64,000 nt of DNA from an uncultured Alphaproteobacteria bacterium (GCA_963832875.1 CAWHWB010000014.1:992-64991); one strand, 5' to 3'. Numbered from the stretch's first letter, positions 38,640-50,111 are shown. Program-made: numbers and translations. The notes: generated from the sequence alone by a model not told the origin.

Positions 38640-41600
38640 TCAATAATCGTATTTGTAATTGAGACCGATGCCGGTGCCGCCGTTCTGCCCGGCCTCGGTG
38701 TCGACCGTCACATGGTGCCCCAGATCGACCTCGACGGTCACCTTGCTGGTCGGCGGCGAGACGCCCTGCGTCACCCCAACGGAGACGCCGTGGGCCAAAT
38801 ATTTTCCGGCGCTGACCGCGGTGGGGCTCGAGGTCGTCGGGTTGACCACGCTCGGGTTCAGAATCGGGCTCGCCGCCCCGGCCGGCCCCTGGCCGAACCC
38901 GAGCCAGTCGAGGCCGAGCTTGCCGCGCAAGCGATCGAGCACGCCCGGTCCGCCGCCGGCGAGGGTGGCGGCGGCCTGTGCCAGCTGGATCCCCTGACCG
39001 GCCGTGATCTGCCCCACTCCCTGGTTGAACAGGATTCGCGACAGGATCTCGTCCTGCGGCACCGCCGGGGTCGAGGCCAGAGTGATCTTGGGCGCCGAGG
39101 CATAGCCGCTGATGATCACTTGCGCGGTGATGTCGGCCGCACTTGCCTCGGCGACGATATCGAGGGCGGGATCGAGCCTGGTGCCGCCGTCGAAAGTGAT
39201 CGTGCCGCGGGTCAACAGAAAGCTCTTGCCCAACAGGTCGACATCGCCGCGGCGTGCCGCCAGCACCCCGGAGATTTGCGGCGCCGCCGAGGTGCCGGCG
39301 ATCTTGAGCCGACCATGCCAGTCGCTGTTGAGGCCATGGCCGCGCACAAATACCTGGCCGGGCATGCCGAGGCTGATATCGAGCGATATCGGGAGCGCCG
39401 GCGCTGAATTCGCGAGCGGCAGCGCGGGTTGCCGCCTCTTGCCGTTTATTTCGGTGACCTTGAGAACGACGACGCTCGGCGGCAGGCTGTCCGGCAGGGT
39501 GATATCGGCGCGGTCGATGGTCAGCGCGGCGGCCACTCTGGGCGCCGTCAACGGGCCGGTGATCGCGACATTGCCGGTCGCGGTCGCCACCACCTCGTCG
39601 CGCGCCGCCACGCGAAAATTGGCGAGCGTCGCCGACAATTCGGCAGTCGGCCCCAAGGCGCCGCGCACCACCACGCCACCTTGCGCTCTGAGGGTGCCGC
39701 CAACGCCATCACCGGCCGACAGCGAGGCCAGTCGGAAACGGTCGCGGTCGCCGACCACAAGGGCTTCGAGATTGGTCAAAACCGCGCCGCTCGCAAAATT
39801 TTCATAACGGGCTTCGGCGAGCCTCAGCGCGCCGTTCGCCGCCGGAGCGGCTACGGTGCCGCCGACCGTGATATCGGCTGCGAAGCGGCCGCTCAGCCGG
39901 TCCTCGCCGAGCGGCAGCAGATCGGCGAGATGGCTGATATCGCCGCCGCCCTGCAGCCGCAGCGCGAGCGGACCTTGCGGCGGCACGGTAATCCCGAACG
40001 GCGCGCGGTTCAGCACCATCGGCAGGGAGCCGGTGAAGGTGATCCGGTCGCCGCCGAGCCCGTTGACCTGGCCTCGCAGATCGATGATTCGGCCGTTCCA
40101 ATCGCCTGCTGCGGTCAGCCCCAGTTTCGGCGCTTGCGTCTGTGGCAAGGCCGCCAGCGATAGCTTGTCCACGCTCAACACGGCGTCTCCCCGCGGGGCG
40201 CCGAGGGTTCCGCCCAAATTCGCCTGCAAGGACAACGAGCCGTGTACATCGGGATAGCCGATCAGGCGCGCGCCGGGCGCGATCGGCAGATCAGCGGCTT
40301 TCAAGGCGACGGACAGCGCCGCGCCCTTGATCGCGGCACTGCCGGTGATTTGGCCGGGGCCCAGCCGCGCGGCCAGACCGTTGAGGGCGATATCGGCGCC
40401 TCGCCGCGACAGGCTCAGCGGCTGCTCCAGCACCAAGCGGTCAAGGCCCAAGGATCCGGCTAGCCGAGTCAGGCGCAGCTCGGCTCCGCCCGGCACGACC
40501 CCGCCTTCGCCGGCGAGCGTCAACGACAGCGGATGCCCGTCGGCAGCGCCCTCGAACGTAAAACGGCCGGGTCGCGGGCTGGAAAAACTCGCGGTCGCGG
40601 TGGCGAAATCGGCGGTGCCGAGGCGAGCCGCGCGCAACGAAAGTCGCCCGCTCCCCGAGGGTATGCGCCGTAAATCGGCGAGCCGCACCGTCATGCCGAG
40701 CCGGCCGATCTCGATGCGCGAACGATTGGCGCCGAGGGCGAGCCCGGTTCCGCTCGCCGCGAGATCGAGCCCTTGCGCGCCGCCCGCCGCGGCGAGCCTG
40801 GCGGTCACATCGAGGTTGCCGCCGAGCGGCGTGCCGGCCAACCCCGACCAGCGCCCGAGATCCGGTATCCGGCCGGTCAACGCGCCTTGCACGAGGCCGG
40901 TGGCGAGCGCAATCCGCAGATCGCTATCTATCGTCGTGTTCGCCGCGGTCAGCCGCAGCCGCGGCACCGCCAGCTCGGAACCCCCGTTCAGCCCGGCCGC
41001 CACCGCGATCTTGCCGTCAAGTCCATAGGCACGAAAGCTGCCGTCGATCACTCCCTGCCGCCGCGACAGATCGGCGACCGTGCCGGAAAGTTGCAAGCGG
41101 TCGACGGCCGCGCCGCCGACGGCGATGTCGCGTGCCCACGATCTCGCTCGTCAGGCGCAGATGGTCGAGCGCGCCCTGGGCCTTCACCCCAGCAGATGCG
41201 GCGCCGGCGATATTCGTTCCCAGTGCCGCGCTGAGGGGTTTCAGTCGTGGTATGTCGAGGGTCAGCGCCGCGGCCAGCCGATCCGAGGCGGGGTCGAACC
41301 GTGCGTTGCCGGAGAGCTTAGCGGCGGCGCCGGTCAGCGCGAAATCGTCGAGAGTGAGGACACCCATCCGGCCGCGTCGCACGGCGCCGGCGAACCCGGC
41401 TTTGCCGCCGAGCAGCGCGTCGGCAGCCGCGACGCCGGTCCGCATCCCGACCTCCGAACCGGCAAAATCGATTGCGGCGGCGAAGCTGCCACCGCCGGTG
41501 GCGAGGTGGCCGGAGCCGGTCAGATCGAGCCCGCTCCCCGCGCCGAGAACCGTTTCACCTCGATCGCGCTCGCATCGCGGTCGGCGATAGCGGCGAACGA

Positions 41601-42917
41601 CCACCCGATGCCTGCGCCCAACTGCTGCGTCAGCGCGGCGGCCTCGGGCATCACGAGCCCGTCGATCCGGCCTTTTGCTGCGACCGCGATCCGGGTCGCC
41701 GCTTTGTCGACCGGACCGGTCGGCGTCGCCGAGACATGGACTTCGATGCGCTTCGCCCCGGACCCGGAAGCTCCGATCCCGGTTCCCGATAGATCCGCGT
41801 TTACAATCGGCCGGTCTTGGCTCCCGGTCGCGGCGATGCTCAAACTTGCTGCACCATGAAGCAGCGAGCCGGAAATACCTGACAGCCGCGCGAGGTCCGG
41901 GATATCGACCTGCAGATGCGCCGCGATGGCCCGACCGGACCCGGCGAAAGAGGTGTCGCCGGTGACGGTGCCGGCCGCGATCCGGACCGCCAGCCGGCGG
42001 ACCGCGATCCGTTCGCCGAACTCCGCATGCAGCGCAAAAGTCGCTCGATCGCCGATAAGTGTCGCTAGGTCGGGCGGCAGCAGCGGCGCCACGGCCGCAG
42101 TTCCGGACAGGCCGAGGCCGGTGCCAGAAGCCACGGCGAGCGCAATATCGGCGTCGAGGCGCGCGTCTCCGCCGGCCGAAGCGGTCAGCCGGCCGTGCCA
42201 ATCCGCCACCGGACCCGTGCCGGCGAGCGACAGCGCTAGCGGTAGCCGGTCATGCTGTCCGAGCAGACGGCCGAGCAGGATGCCGGCCGGCTCGCTCGCA
42301 TCGAGGCGCAGGCTGAGCACCGGCTTGTTTCCGCTCAGCGCCATCCTCAGCGCGAGCTTTCCGGGGATGCCGTCGATGCGGTGCAGGTCGATTGCGGCGC
42401 GCGCGGTTCCGCCATCGATCGCGGCGCTCCCTTCGATGGCGGCGGCGACGCTTTCGCCTAAAACCGCGGGCATCAGCGAGAGGCGCGCAATCGCGAGCCG
42501 GTCGAGCACAACAGGGACCGGGAGATGCGGCACGCGAAGATAGTCGGCAAGCGGCCTCGATGGCGCCAACGACGGCCGCGCCATATCGATTTCGGCGACG
42601 GTCAGTGAGCGGATATGCAGCCGGCCGCCGAGAAGTTCGGCTGGCGCGATCTCGAAGCCGATATCGTGCAGCGTGAGGTAGGTGCCGCCCTTATCCGCGA
42701 GGCGGATGCGAGCGATCGTAACGCGGAACGGCACGATGCCACCCAGCCCCTCGATCGCCACGGCGAAATCTGAGGTGCTCACCACCCGCGCGATGGTTCC
42801 CGCTAGCCAATCGCGCCCGACTCGCGTCTGCAAGATCCCGAAACCGATCAGCAGGATGGCGATCAGGGCGAAAAACGCCGTTCCAAACCAGCGCAGCACC
42901 CGGCCGATACCGCGCAT
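38640..42917 (-). pseudogene. tamB: Translocation and assembly module protein TamB (DUF490), split by two frame breaks
   Basis: The N-terminal signal anchor MRGIGRVLRWFGTAFFALIAILLIGFGIL is at 42917, and a stop falls at 41520. The middle segment is readable only in a second frame (~41600-41135). The last 818 codons return to the first frame and end in the DUF490 tail GIGLNYKYDY. The total of ~1425 codons is normal for TamB. Confidence 0.85.
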
Positions 42918-44749
42918 CAGAACGCCTCACCGAGGCTGACATAAACCTGGACCCAGGAATTGGCGTTGCGCTTATAGAGCGGGGTCGCCAGATCGAGGCG
43001 CAGCGGCCCGAACGAGGTGTAATAGCGCAGGCCCAACCCGACGCCATAGAACAGGCGATGGTCGAGCTGCGGCACGCTCGTCTCGTAATAGCTGCCGGCA
43101 TCGACGAACGGGACCAAGCCGATAGCGTCGGTGACTTTGACCCGGGTCTCGAAATTGAGCACCAGGCTCGATTTGCCGCCGATCGGGTCGTTGTTGGGCG
43201 CGAGCGGCCCGGCCATCTGGTAGCCATAGGCCCGGATCGACCCGCCGCCACCGGCATAGATCCGCTGGTCGGCCGGCACCCCCGACAGCGGGGCGCCGTC
43301 GAGGGAGGCGAGCCCCACCCTGCCGGCGAGGATCGCCCGCCCTTGAGCGTCGATCTTCCAGTAGGTGCTGGCCGACGCGAAATTGGTCACGAAGGTCTCG
43401 CTCGGGCTCGAGAAAATATGGGCCGGGGTGACCGCCAACTCGGCGCGCCAGCCGCGGGTCGGGCTCAACAAATTGTCGGTGGCGTCATATTTGACATAGG
43501 CCGGGACCCCGAACAGCGTGTAATGCTGGGTGCGTTGCGCCGAGGTGTTGGTCGAGATGTTGGCGAGCTGCTCGACATCGGCCTGTTCGCCCTCGAGCGC
43601 CGCCCCGATGGTCAGCCGGCGGCCAAACCGGCGTTCGAACCCGGCCGTGGCAATTGCGCGGCGGCTGTGATAGGCGACCGGCGTCTCGTCGGCGATCTCG
43701 GCGGTGGCGAGGAAATCCTGGTCGGTCGCGAGAAAATCGGGCCGCCGGAAATTGGCGTTGAGGCCATAGACCTGCTGGCCTCCGGTGGCGGAGAGCCGCA
43801 GATATTCGGCGTGGCCGAACAGGTTGCGGTTTTCCCAGAACACCCGGGCGGCGACACCCTGGCTGGTGTTGTAGCCGGCCCCGGCGCCGATCGTGCGGTG
43901 CGGCCGCTCGGTCGCCTCGATCGTCATGCGCGCGATTCCGGGTTGGCCCGGTTCGGCGGTGGGCGTGATCCGCACGGCGTTGAACAGGCCGCTTTCGATC
44001 AAGATCTGCCGCGTCCGTTCGACCTTGCCGGCATCATAGACCTCGCCGCGACGCCAGCGCAGCCGACGCTCGACATAATCGGGGTCGAGGTCTTTGAGCC
44101 CCTCGATCGCCACCGCGCCAAACTGAGTCTGCGGCCCGGGCGCGATCGTGTAGGTCACCGCCATGGTGTGCGCGGCGTGGTCGATCAGAACCTGCCGGTG
44201 CTCGACCTTGGCGAAGGGATGGCCATGGTCGCCGAGAGCGTCCAGCAACGCCGTCTCGGTCGCCAGCACCGGGGCGGTGCGCGCCGGTGCCCCCGGTGTC
44301 AGCGGCAGCGGGGCCTGGCCCGGCGGGACCGCCAGCGGTTTTCCGTCCGGTCCCAGCACCGCGACCGAGACGACATGGTAGAGCGGACCAGGGGTGACTG
44401 AGACCGTGACCTGTTGCGGATCGGCGGCGGTATCGAGATGGTAGGCGAAGCCCGCGTCCCAATAGCCGAGGCTGTGCGCCGCGTCGGCCAGCCGGCCGAG
44501 GTCGCGATCGGCGCGGCGCCTGAGCGCCTCCTCGGAGGCCGGAGGCCGATCTTCGAGCGTCTTCAGTTCGGAGACTTTGGCCAACAGATCGGCGAGGTCG
44601 CTGTTGCGGGCGCCGCTGATCGTCGCCCGGTAGCGGATGTCGGCGCGGCCGGCATCGGACGGCAGCAATGCCGCGATCAGCGTCAACGCCGGCAAAATAC
44701 GCCGCACCGCTGCCCGAATTCGCGCGAAAACCCCAAAGGGGCGCCGCAC
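42917..44749 (-). CDS. tamA: Outer membrane protein assembly factor TamA (Omp85/BamA family)
   Basis: 610 aa. Has a signal peptide, POTRA-like N-terminal repeats, and a C-terminal barrel ending YVSLGEAF. Its stop overlaps the tamB start (ATGA). Confidence 0.9.
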   Translation of the reverse strand: MRRPFGVFARIRAAVRRILPALTLIAALLPSDAGRADIRYRATISGARNSDLADLLAKVSELKTLEDRPPASEEALRRRADRDLGRLADAAHSLGYWDAGFAYHLDTAADPQQVTVSVTPGPLYHVVSVAVLGPDGKPLAVPPGQAPLPLTPGAPARTAPVLATETALLDALGDHGHPFAKVEHRQVLIDHAAHTMAVTYTIAPGPQTQFGAVAIEGLKDLDPDYVERRLRWRRGEVYDAGKVERTRQILIESGLFNAVRITPTAEPGQPGIARMTIEATERPHRTIGAGAGYNTSQGVAARVFWENRNLFGHAEYLRLSATGGQQVYGLNANFRRPDFLATDQDFLATAEIADETPVAYHSRRAIATAGFERRFGRRLTIGAALEGEQADVEQLANISTNTSAQRTQHYTLFGVPAYVKYDATDNLLSPTRGWRAELAVTPAHIFSSPSETFVTNFASASTYWKIDAQGRAILAGRVGLASLDGAPLSGVPADQRIYAGGGGSIRAYGYQMAGPLAPNNDPIGGKSSLVLNFETRVKVTDAIGLVPFVDAGSYYETSVPQLDHRLFYGVGLGLRYYTSFGPLRLDLATPLYKRNANSWVQVYVSLGEAF

Positions 44750-44759
44750 CAGGCCGGGC

Positions 44760-45050
44760 TTATCCGCTCCGGCGTGCGGTTGCGGCCTCGACCCGGCGTT
44801 TCAGCCGGCGAATCTCCGGCGCCAGCTTGCGGTCCGGAGTATCGCGCAAAAAAGCGTCGATTCCGCCCTTGTGCTCGATCGTGCGGATCGCCGCAGCGGT
44901 AATCCGCATCGGGATCGGACCGAGCACGTCGGACAACACCGAAATCTGCTGCAGATTGGGCAAAAAGCGCCGTTTGGTCTTGTTGTTGGCATGGCTGACA
45001 TTATGCCCGACCTGAACGCCCTTGCCGGTGATCGCGCATCTCCGCGCCAT
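44760..45050 (-). CDS. rpmB: 50S ribosomal protein L28
   Basis: [34 protein letters not shown]. Confidence 0.95.
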   Translation of the reverse strand: MARRCAITGKGVQVGHNVSHANNKTKRRFLPNLQQISVLSDVLGPIPMRITAAAIRTIEHKGGIDAFLRDTPDRKLAPEIRRLKRRVEAATARRSG

Positions 45051-45401
45051 TGCCGCACCTCGACCAAACGCAACCGCCGAACCTGCGCACCCCTTGCCGG
45101 CGCGCCGCGGGCGCGTCTTCTACGCCGCCCGGACGCCCGGCGTCAAGGAGCGGCTCGGTCGGTAAACTTCGGCGTCCGAGCCGGCAAGAAATCCTAGAGG
45201 GCATACGGCGCAGCCTGAACAGTCGGCCCCCGCCAGGGGCAGGGGCTCGAGACCCGCTTTCCCCACGGCTCGATTCGGTGAAGGCGCATGGGCGACGATA
45301 AGGTATCGGGTCGTTCCGGCTTATTTGCCATCATTCGAGTTCAAGCCGATATCGCGGGCGGCAGAATCCTTCCGCTTGTTCTTCGCGCCGAAGGAACAAC
45401 C

Positions 45402-46334
45402 ATGAGACAGCAAGGACCCGTTGCGCCGTTCGATCCGCACACCGCTCTGCGGGCGCCAACGCTCCTTCAGCGAGAAGCCAGCGACCGTGTGGTCGCCATT
45501 GGGTTGCGGGACCCCTGGCTTGGCGATCTCTACCATCGTTTGCTGAAATTACCGTGGTGGGCTTTTCTGCTCGGCTTAGCCGCGGTTTATCTCGGTTTAA
45601 ACCTGCTGTTCGCGCTGCTCTACCTGCTCGGCGCCGGCGCGATCGCGAATGCGCGGCCGGGAGCATTTTCGGACGCCTTCTTTTTCAGCGTCGAGACGAT
45701 ATCGACGATCGGCTACGGCCAGATGTCGCCCGGCACGTTTTATGGAAATGTCGTGATGACCGCCGAGGCAATGTTTGGATTGACGTTTTTGGCCGGCTCC
45801 GTTGGCCTGTTGCTCGCACGGTTCACCCGACCGACGGCTCGGGTGATGTTCAGCAGGGTCGCGGTTGTCACGACTTACAACGGGGTCCCGACGCTCTCGC
45901 TGCGGATCGCCAATCAACGCCGCAATCAGATCCTCGAGGCCCAGGTCTCGGTCACTCTCGTCCGCGACGAGCGAACCATCGAAGGCGAGTGGATGCGCCG
46001 TTTCTACGATCTGCAACTGGTCCGCCAGCGCAGCCCGATTTTTGCGATGTCCTTCACGGTGATGCACGCGATCGACGGGGCGAGCCCGTTATCGAATGCG
46101 ACGGCATCGTCCCTGGCGGCGGAGGAGGCGGAACTGGTCGTGACCGTCACCGGTATTGACGAGACGATGTCGCAAGCGGTCCACGCGCGCACCTCCTATC
46201 TGGCGCACGAGGTCCTGTGGGGCCGCCGTTTCGCCGATGTGTTCACCGAGACCGAGGACGGCCGCCTGGCCATCGATTACCGCCGGTTTCACGACACCGA
46301 ACCGATCCGAACACTCGCGCCAAATCCGTCCTGA
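45402..46334 (+). CDS. Inward-rectifier type potassium channel (KirBac family)
   Basis: ATG at 45402 after aagga. Has a slide helix and TM1, FFFSVETISTIGYGQM (pore helix and filter), TM2, and an Ig-like cytoplasmic domain (PTLSLRIANQRRNQILEAQVSV...). Confidence 0.85.
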   Translation: MRQQGPVAPFDPHTALRAPTLLQREASDRVVAIGLRDPWLGDLYHRLLKLPWWAFLLGLAAVYLGLNLLFALLYLLGAGAIANARPGAFSDAFFFSVETISTIGYGQMSPGTFYGNVVMTAEAMFGLTFLAGSVGLLLARFTRPTARVMFSRVAVVTTYNGVPTLSLRIANQRRNQILEAQVSVTLVRDERTIEGEWMRRFYDLQLVRQRSPIFAMSFTVMHAIDGASPLSNATASSLAAEEAELVVTVTGIDETMSQAVHARTSYLAHEVLWGRRFADVFTETEDGRLAIDYRRFHDTEPIRTLAPNPS

Positions 46335-46394
46335 TCTGCGCAGCGCGTGCCTTCGCGCAGCTCTTTGGCCGGCAGCCGCGAAGGTGCGCTCGGT

Positions 46395-47375
46395 TTACCG
46401 GACGAGCGTCTTCTGGGTTTCGAGGTCGTCCTCGATGAAGGCCTGGACGGCCTCGTCGATGCCGGATTCGGCGGCAAAGCCGAGGGCGGCGGCGCGCGGG
46501 GCGGCGAGCGCCTGCGGCCAGCCGGCGACGATCGCCTCGATCTGCGAGTCGTGCTCCCAGCGAATATGCCCGAGAGCGGCATCGCCGCCGGCCCGGCGCA
46601 CCGCCTCGACCATTTCACCGACCGCGACCGAGAAGCCCGGCAATTGCAACGAGCGGTTGGCGCCGAACGCGTTGGCGGGCAATTCGTGGGCGTGGTGCAG
46701 GGCGGCAACGACCCGGCGCGGCGAGGCCAAGGCCATGACCAGATCGGGCGAGACCGGGCAGGTTGCGTCGTTTCCCGAGAGCGGCTCGCGAATGATCGAG
46801 GAGGCGAAGGTCGAGGCGGCGCGGTTCGGCCGGCCCGGCCGCACCACCACGGTCGGCAGCCGCAACGCGCGACCGTCAACAAAGCCTTTGCGGCTGTAAT
46901 CGTTGACCAGCAATTCGCCGATCGCTTTCTGCGTGCCATACGAGCTTTGCGGCCTCAACGGCGTGTCGTCGCCGACAGTCGGCGGGAGCTTGCCGCCATA
47001 GACCGCGAGCGAGCTGGCGAAGACCAGGCGCGGGCAGGCGCCGAGCGCGCGGCAAGCGTCGAGCACGGCGCGGGTGCCGTCGAGGTTGACCCGGTATCCG
47101 AGGTCGGGGTCGGCCTCGGCCTGGCCGCTGACCACGGCGGCGAGGTGGAACACCGCGGCGGCGCCGGGTGCGAGCAGCCGGCGCATGGTCTCGCGATCGG
47201 CGATGTCGCCGGTTGCGAGTTTCAGCCGCCGGTCGTCCGGCAGCGGCGATGCCGGGGCGGCGTTGTCGAACAGCACCAGCTCGTCGAGGGGTCCCAGGCT
47301 GCTGCCCCGCTCGAGCAGCAGCAATGCCAGCCGCCGGCCGAGAAAGCCGCAGCCGCCGGTAATGACGATGCGCAT
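46395..47375 (-). CDS. NAD-dependent epimerase/dehydratase (extended SDR) family protein
   Basis: MRIVITGGCGFLGRRL, HLAAVVSG and the catalytic YGTQK motif. It resembles D-erythronate dehydrogenase-type enzymes, but that assignment is not established here. Confidence 0.8.
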   Translation of the reverse strand: MRIVITGGCGFLGRRLALLLLERGSSLGPLDELVLFDNAAPASPLPDDRRLKLATGDIADRETMRRLLAPGAAAVFHLAAVVSGQAEADPDLGYRVNLDGTRAVLDACRALGACPRLVFASSLAVYGGKLPPTVGDDTPLRPQSSYGTQKAIGELLVNDYSRKGFVDGRALRLPTVVVRPGRPNRAASTFASSIIREPLSGNDATCPVSPDLVMALASPRRVVAALHHAHELPANAFGANRSLQLPGFSVAVGEMVEAVRRAGGDAALGHIRWEHDSQIEAIVAGWPQALAAPRAAALGFAAESGIDEAVQAFIEDDLETQKTLVR

Positions 47376-47550
47376 GACCGAGAGCCTTAGCCAAAATCAG
47401 TTGCGGGACCCTATCATGTTTCGCCCCGTTCCCGCACTGGCGCGCGGCCCCGGCGGCAGCGTCGGCAGACCGACGCAATTTAGGTCATTTTCGGCAGGGC
47501 AATTTGGGGGTAGGTCAGTTTGGGCGAGGCTCCCATCAGGAGGATACGGC

Positions 47551-48462
47551 ATGCTCCCAACCCCGCGCTTTCATCACCTTCACTTGAATTCGGTCGATCC
47601 CGACCGCGCGATCGGCTTTTACACCCGTCAGTTCCCGACCACGGCGAAGAGCAATTGGGGCGGGTTTCCGGCGCTCAAATCGCCGAACGACGTGATGGTG
47701 CTGTTCACCAAGGTCACGACGCCGCCGACCAGCGAACCGCAGAGTGCGATCTGGCATTTCGGCTGGCACGTGACCGATGCGCGCCATAGCCTCGAAGCCT
47801 ACCGGGGCCGGCCCGAGGTCGAATTGCTGCCGCTCTACACCACCGACGAGGGCGGCTCGGTGCTGATCAGCAGCGACACCTGGCCCAGCATCGGCAACGT
47901 CCTCGGCCTGACCGCGACGCAGATCGCCGAGGCCAAGGCCAACGGGACAAAACCGGCGGGTGGCGGCGGCTTCGCCTATCTGCGCGGCCCCGACAACGCG
48001 CTCGTCGAATATGCCGGCAACCACCCGGCTGAGCGCTTCAACCACGTCCATCTCTACCAGGAGGACCCGATCGGCGCGCTCGAATGGTATCAACGGCATC
48101 TGAACGCGCCGCTGCGGCCGGGCTACGCGCCGACGCCCTCCGGCGAGGCCGTGCGCGCGCCGGATCGCACCTGGCCGGCCTTGAACCGGGAGGGGATGTT
48201 CCGCACCCCGCGCGCCGGCGTCGAGTTCGGCGACGTGTCGATGATGTGGTACGCGAACCAGGGCGAGCAGCCGCTGGTCGGCTCGCGCGGGCAGTTGCAG
48301 GACCATATCGCACTGAGCGTCGCCGATCTCGACGCCTGGGCCGACAAGCTCAGGGGCGAAGGCGTAGCCTTTCTCGAACCGATCAGCCCGCTTGGCGACA
48401 CCCGCGCGCTAATGATCGAAGGCCCGAGCCGCGAGGCGATCGAGCTGGTCGAGGTCAAGTAG
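47551..48462 (+). CDS. VOC (glyoxalase/bleomycin resistance/dioxygenase) family protein with two domains
   Basis: ATG at 47551 after aggagga. Has two repeats of the HH.H..v.d motif context (RFHHLHLNSVDPDRAIGFY and RFNHVHLYQEDPIGALEWY). Confidence 0.7.
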   Translation: MLPTPRFHHLHLNSVDPDRAIGFYTRQFPTTAKSNWGGFPALKSPNDVMVLFTKVTTPPTSEPQSAIWHFGWHVTDARHSLEAYRGRPEVELLPLYTTDEGGSVLISSDTWPSIGNVLGLTATQIAEAKANGTKPAGGGGFAYLRGPDNALVEYAGNHPAERFNHVHLYQEDPIGALEWYQRHLNAPLRPGYAPTPSGEAVRAPDRTWPALNREGMFRTPRAGVEFGDVSMMWYANQGEQPLVGSRGQLQDHIALSVADLDAWADKLRGEGVAFLEPISPLGDTRALMIEGPSREAIELVEVK

Positions 48463-48515
48463 CTGCATCCGGCTGCAAACGGGGTCTGGGGTGCTGGAGC
48501 GGAAGCTCGGAGCGG

Positions 48516-48812
48516 ATGACGAGCTGGCTTGCCGCCGTGGCCAAGAGATGCGCTTGGTGCGCAAGCGCGGCGGCGGCCTCGATCTGGTTGGTCGCCGGCA
48601 CCGCCGACAGCGCGCCAGCCGGCGACGGCGTCGCTTACACGGCGGTGATCGAGGGGCTTTGCCGAGGCTATGCCGCGGCGCAGACCGGAATGCCGGCCGA
48701 CCTTTCGTTCAATCAATGCATGCTCGCGCGGCATTGCCGAGCGTCTCCCGGCTCACCAGGCTATCGCTGCGAAATGCCCGGACCGATGACCTGGCACGGC
48801 GGCGGTTATTGA
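48516..48812 (+). CDS. Hypothetical small cysteine-rich secreted protein
   Basis: 98 aa with a signal-like N-terminus and several Cys residues in the presumed mature part. The RBS spacing is weak and I recognise no family. Confidence 0.3.
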   Translation: MTSWLAAVAKRCAWCASAAAASIWLVAGTADSAPAGDGVAYTAVIEGLCRGYAAAQTGMPADLSFNQCMLARHCRASPGSPGYRCEMPGPMTWHGGGY

Positions 48813-48907
48813 CTACGCCGACTTTTTTGCCGTTGCTTATTTGGTCGTATTGGCACCCAAATACCGTCGATAACTCGCGGAAAATCAAAGGAGTGGCTGG
48901 AGCGATC

Positions 48908-49760
48908 TCAGTCGAACGGCAGCAGCAGGGAAGCCGCCCGGGTGCGGATCTCCTCGGGTAGCGGCGCCGGCCGCCGCGCATCGAGATCAAGCTGCACGCC
49001 GAACTGGCCGAGCCGGGCGAATTCCTCGCCGGTACGCGGATCCGACATGCGATGCACAAAGCGGACCGACGAGCCGCCGAGATGGGCGATCCCTGTCTCG
49101 ATCAGGTACGGGTCGCCGAGGCGCGGCGCGGCGACAACTCGCAATGCCAGCTCGAAGGTCGAGAAGCCGCGACGGGCCGCCTTCATGTATGCGCCGGTCA
49201 TGCCGATCGCCGCGGAGGCCTGCAGCAGCGCGTCGGTGAATCGGTGGACGAAGGCGGCCAGCGAGAAACGCCCGTGCTCGTCGAGATCGCCCGGCCGCAC
49301 CCGCCCGCGCGCACTCGGAACGGCGCCCATCAGCGATTTGGGCTCGGGCCGCGCTTCGGTCGCGGGCCCTTCCCACGCCGCGAGCTGCCGCCCGATCGCC
49401 TCGGTCCGCACCGCCGGCAGTTGGCCCGGCGGCAACTCCCATATCGCCTCGACCCAGGTCACCGTCCCGCCGCTGACCGAGTTCGACAAAGCGGTGCCCG
49501 AGCCGCAGCCCGGGATCGATCCCGATTGCAGCGCTCTCGACTTGAAAGCTATCGCCGGCGCGCAGCTCATGGACGAAGCGCAGGTTGAACCGGTGCGCGA
49601 TCCCGCCGGCGCGCAACATGTCGGCGACGCCGAGACGGTCGGCGAGGTTCGCCTCGGCCTGTTCGAGGCGGTCGAGATAATAGGCGATCGTGAAGTGCTC
49701 GGTGACGTCGCATTCCCACGGCGCCACGGTGCTGCGACAGGTTTCGATCCAGTTTGCCAT
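48908..49760 (-). pseudogene. Tandem hot-dog (4HBT-type) acyl-CoA thioesterase with one frame break
   Basis: Domain 1 (MANWIETCRSTVAPWECDVTEHFTIAYYLDRLEQA...GLRLGHRFV) is in one frame. The continuation (NSVSGGTVTWVEAIWEL...GRVRPGDLDEHGRFSLAAFVHRFTDALL...SSVRFVHRMSDPRTGEEFA) is in another. The junction ttt gtc g aac tcg is near 49484. Confidence 0.65.
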
Positions 49761-50111
49761 CGGGGTTCCAATACTGTCGGCCGGCTGCCGGATTTCGGGC
49801 ACAAGCCGGGGCCGGCGCAACCACGATCTTTGTCGGCCTCGGTCCCGCACGGGCTAAAACTCCTAAGCCCGAGCATCGTCGCTTTGCCGGCCGATATCCG
49901 GCCGTCCGATGCGACCGGCGCCTTCCATGGCGGTTTCCCCCGGGCGAACCCGCTGAACCGCAGCGCGACAGCGGGTGTTATCTTCCCGCCGGGCCGCCGC
50001 CGGTGCAATTTACCGGAGCGAACCCGAGGCAGCAGCGCGGCGATAACTGCGCGCTGCGGCTCAGCTGGCGCACGTCGCTGACGTGTGGCAACGCACCCAC
50101 AGAGGAACTCC

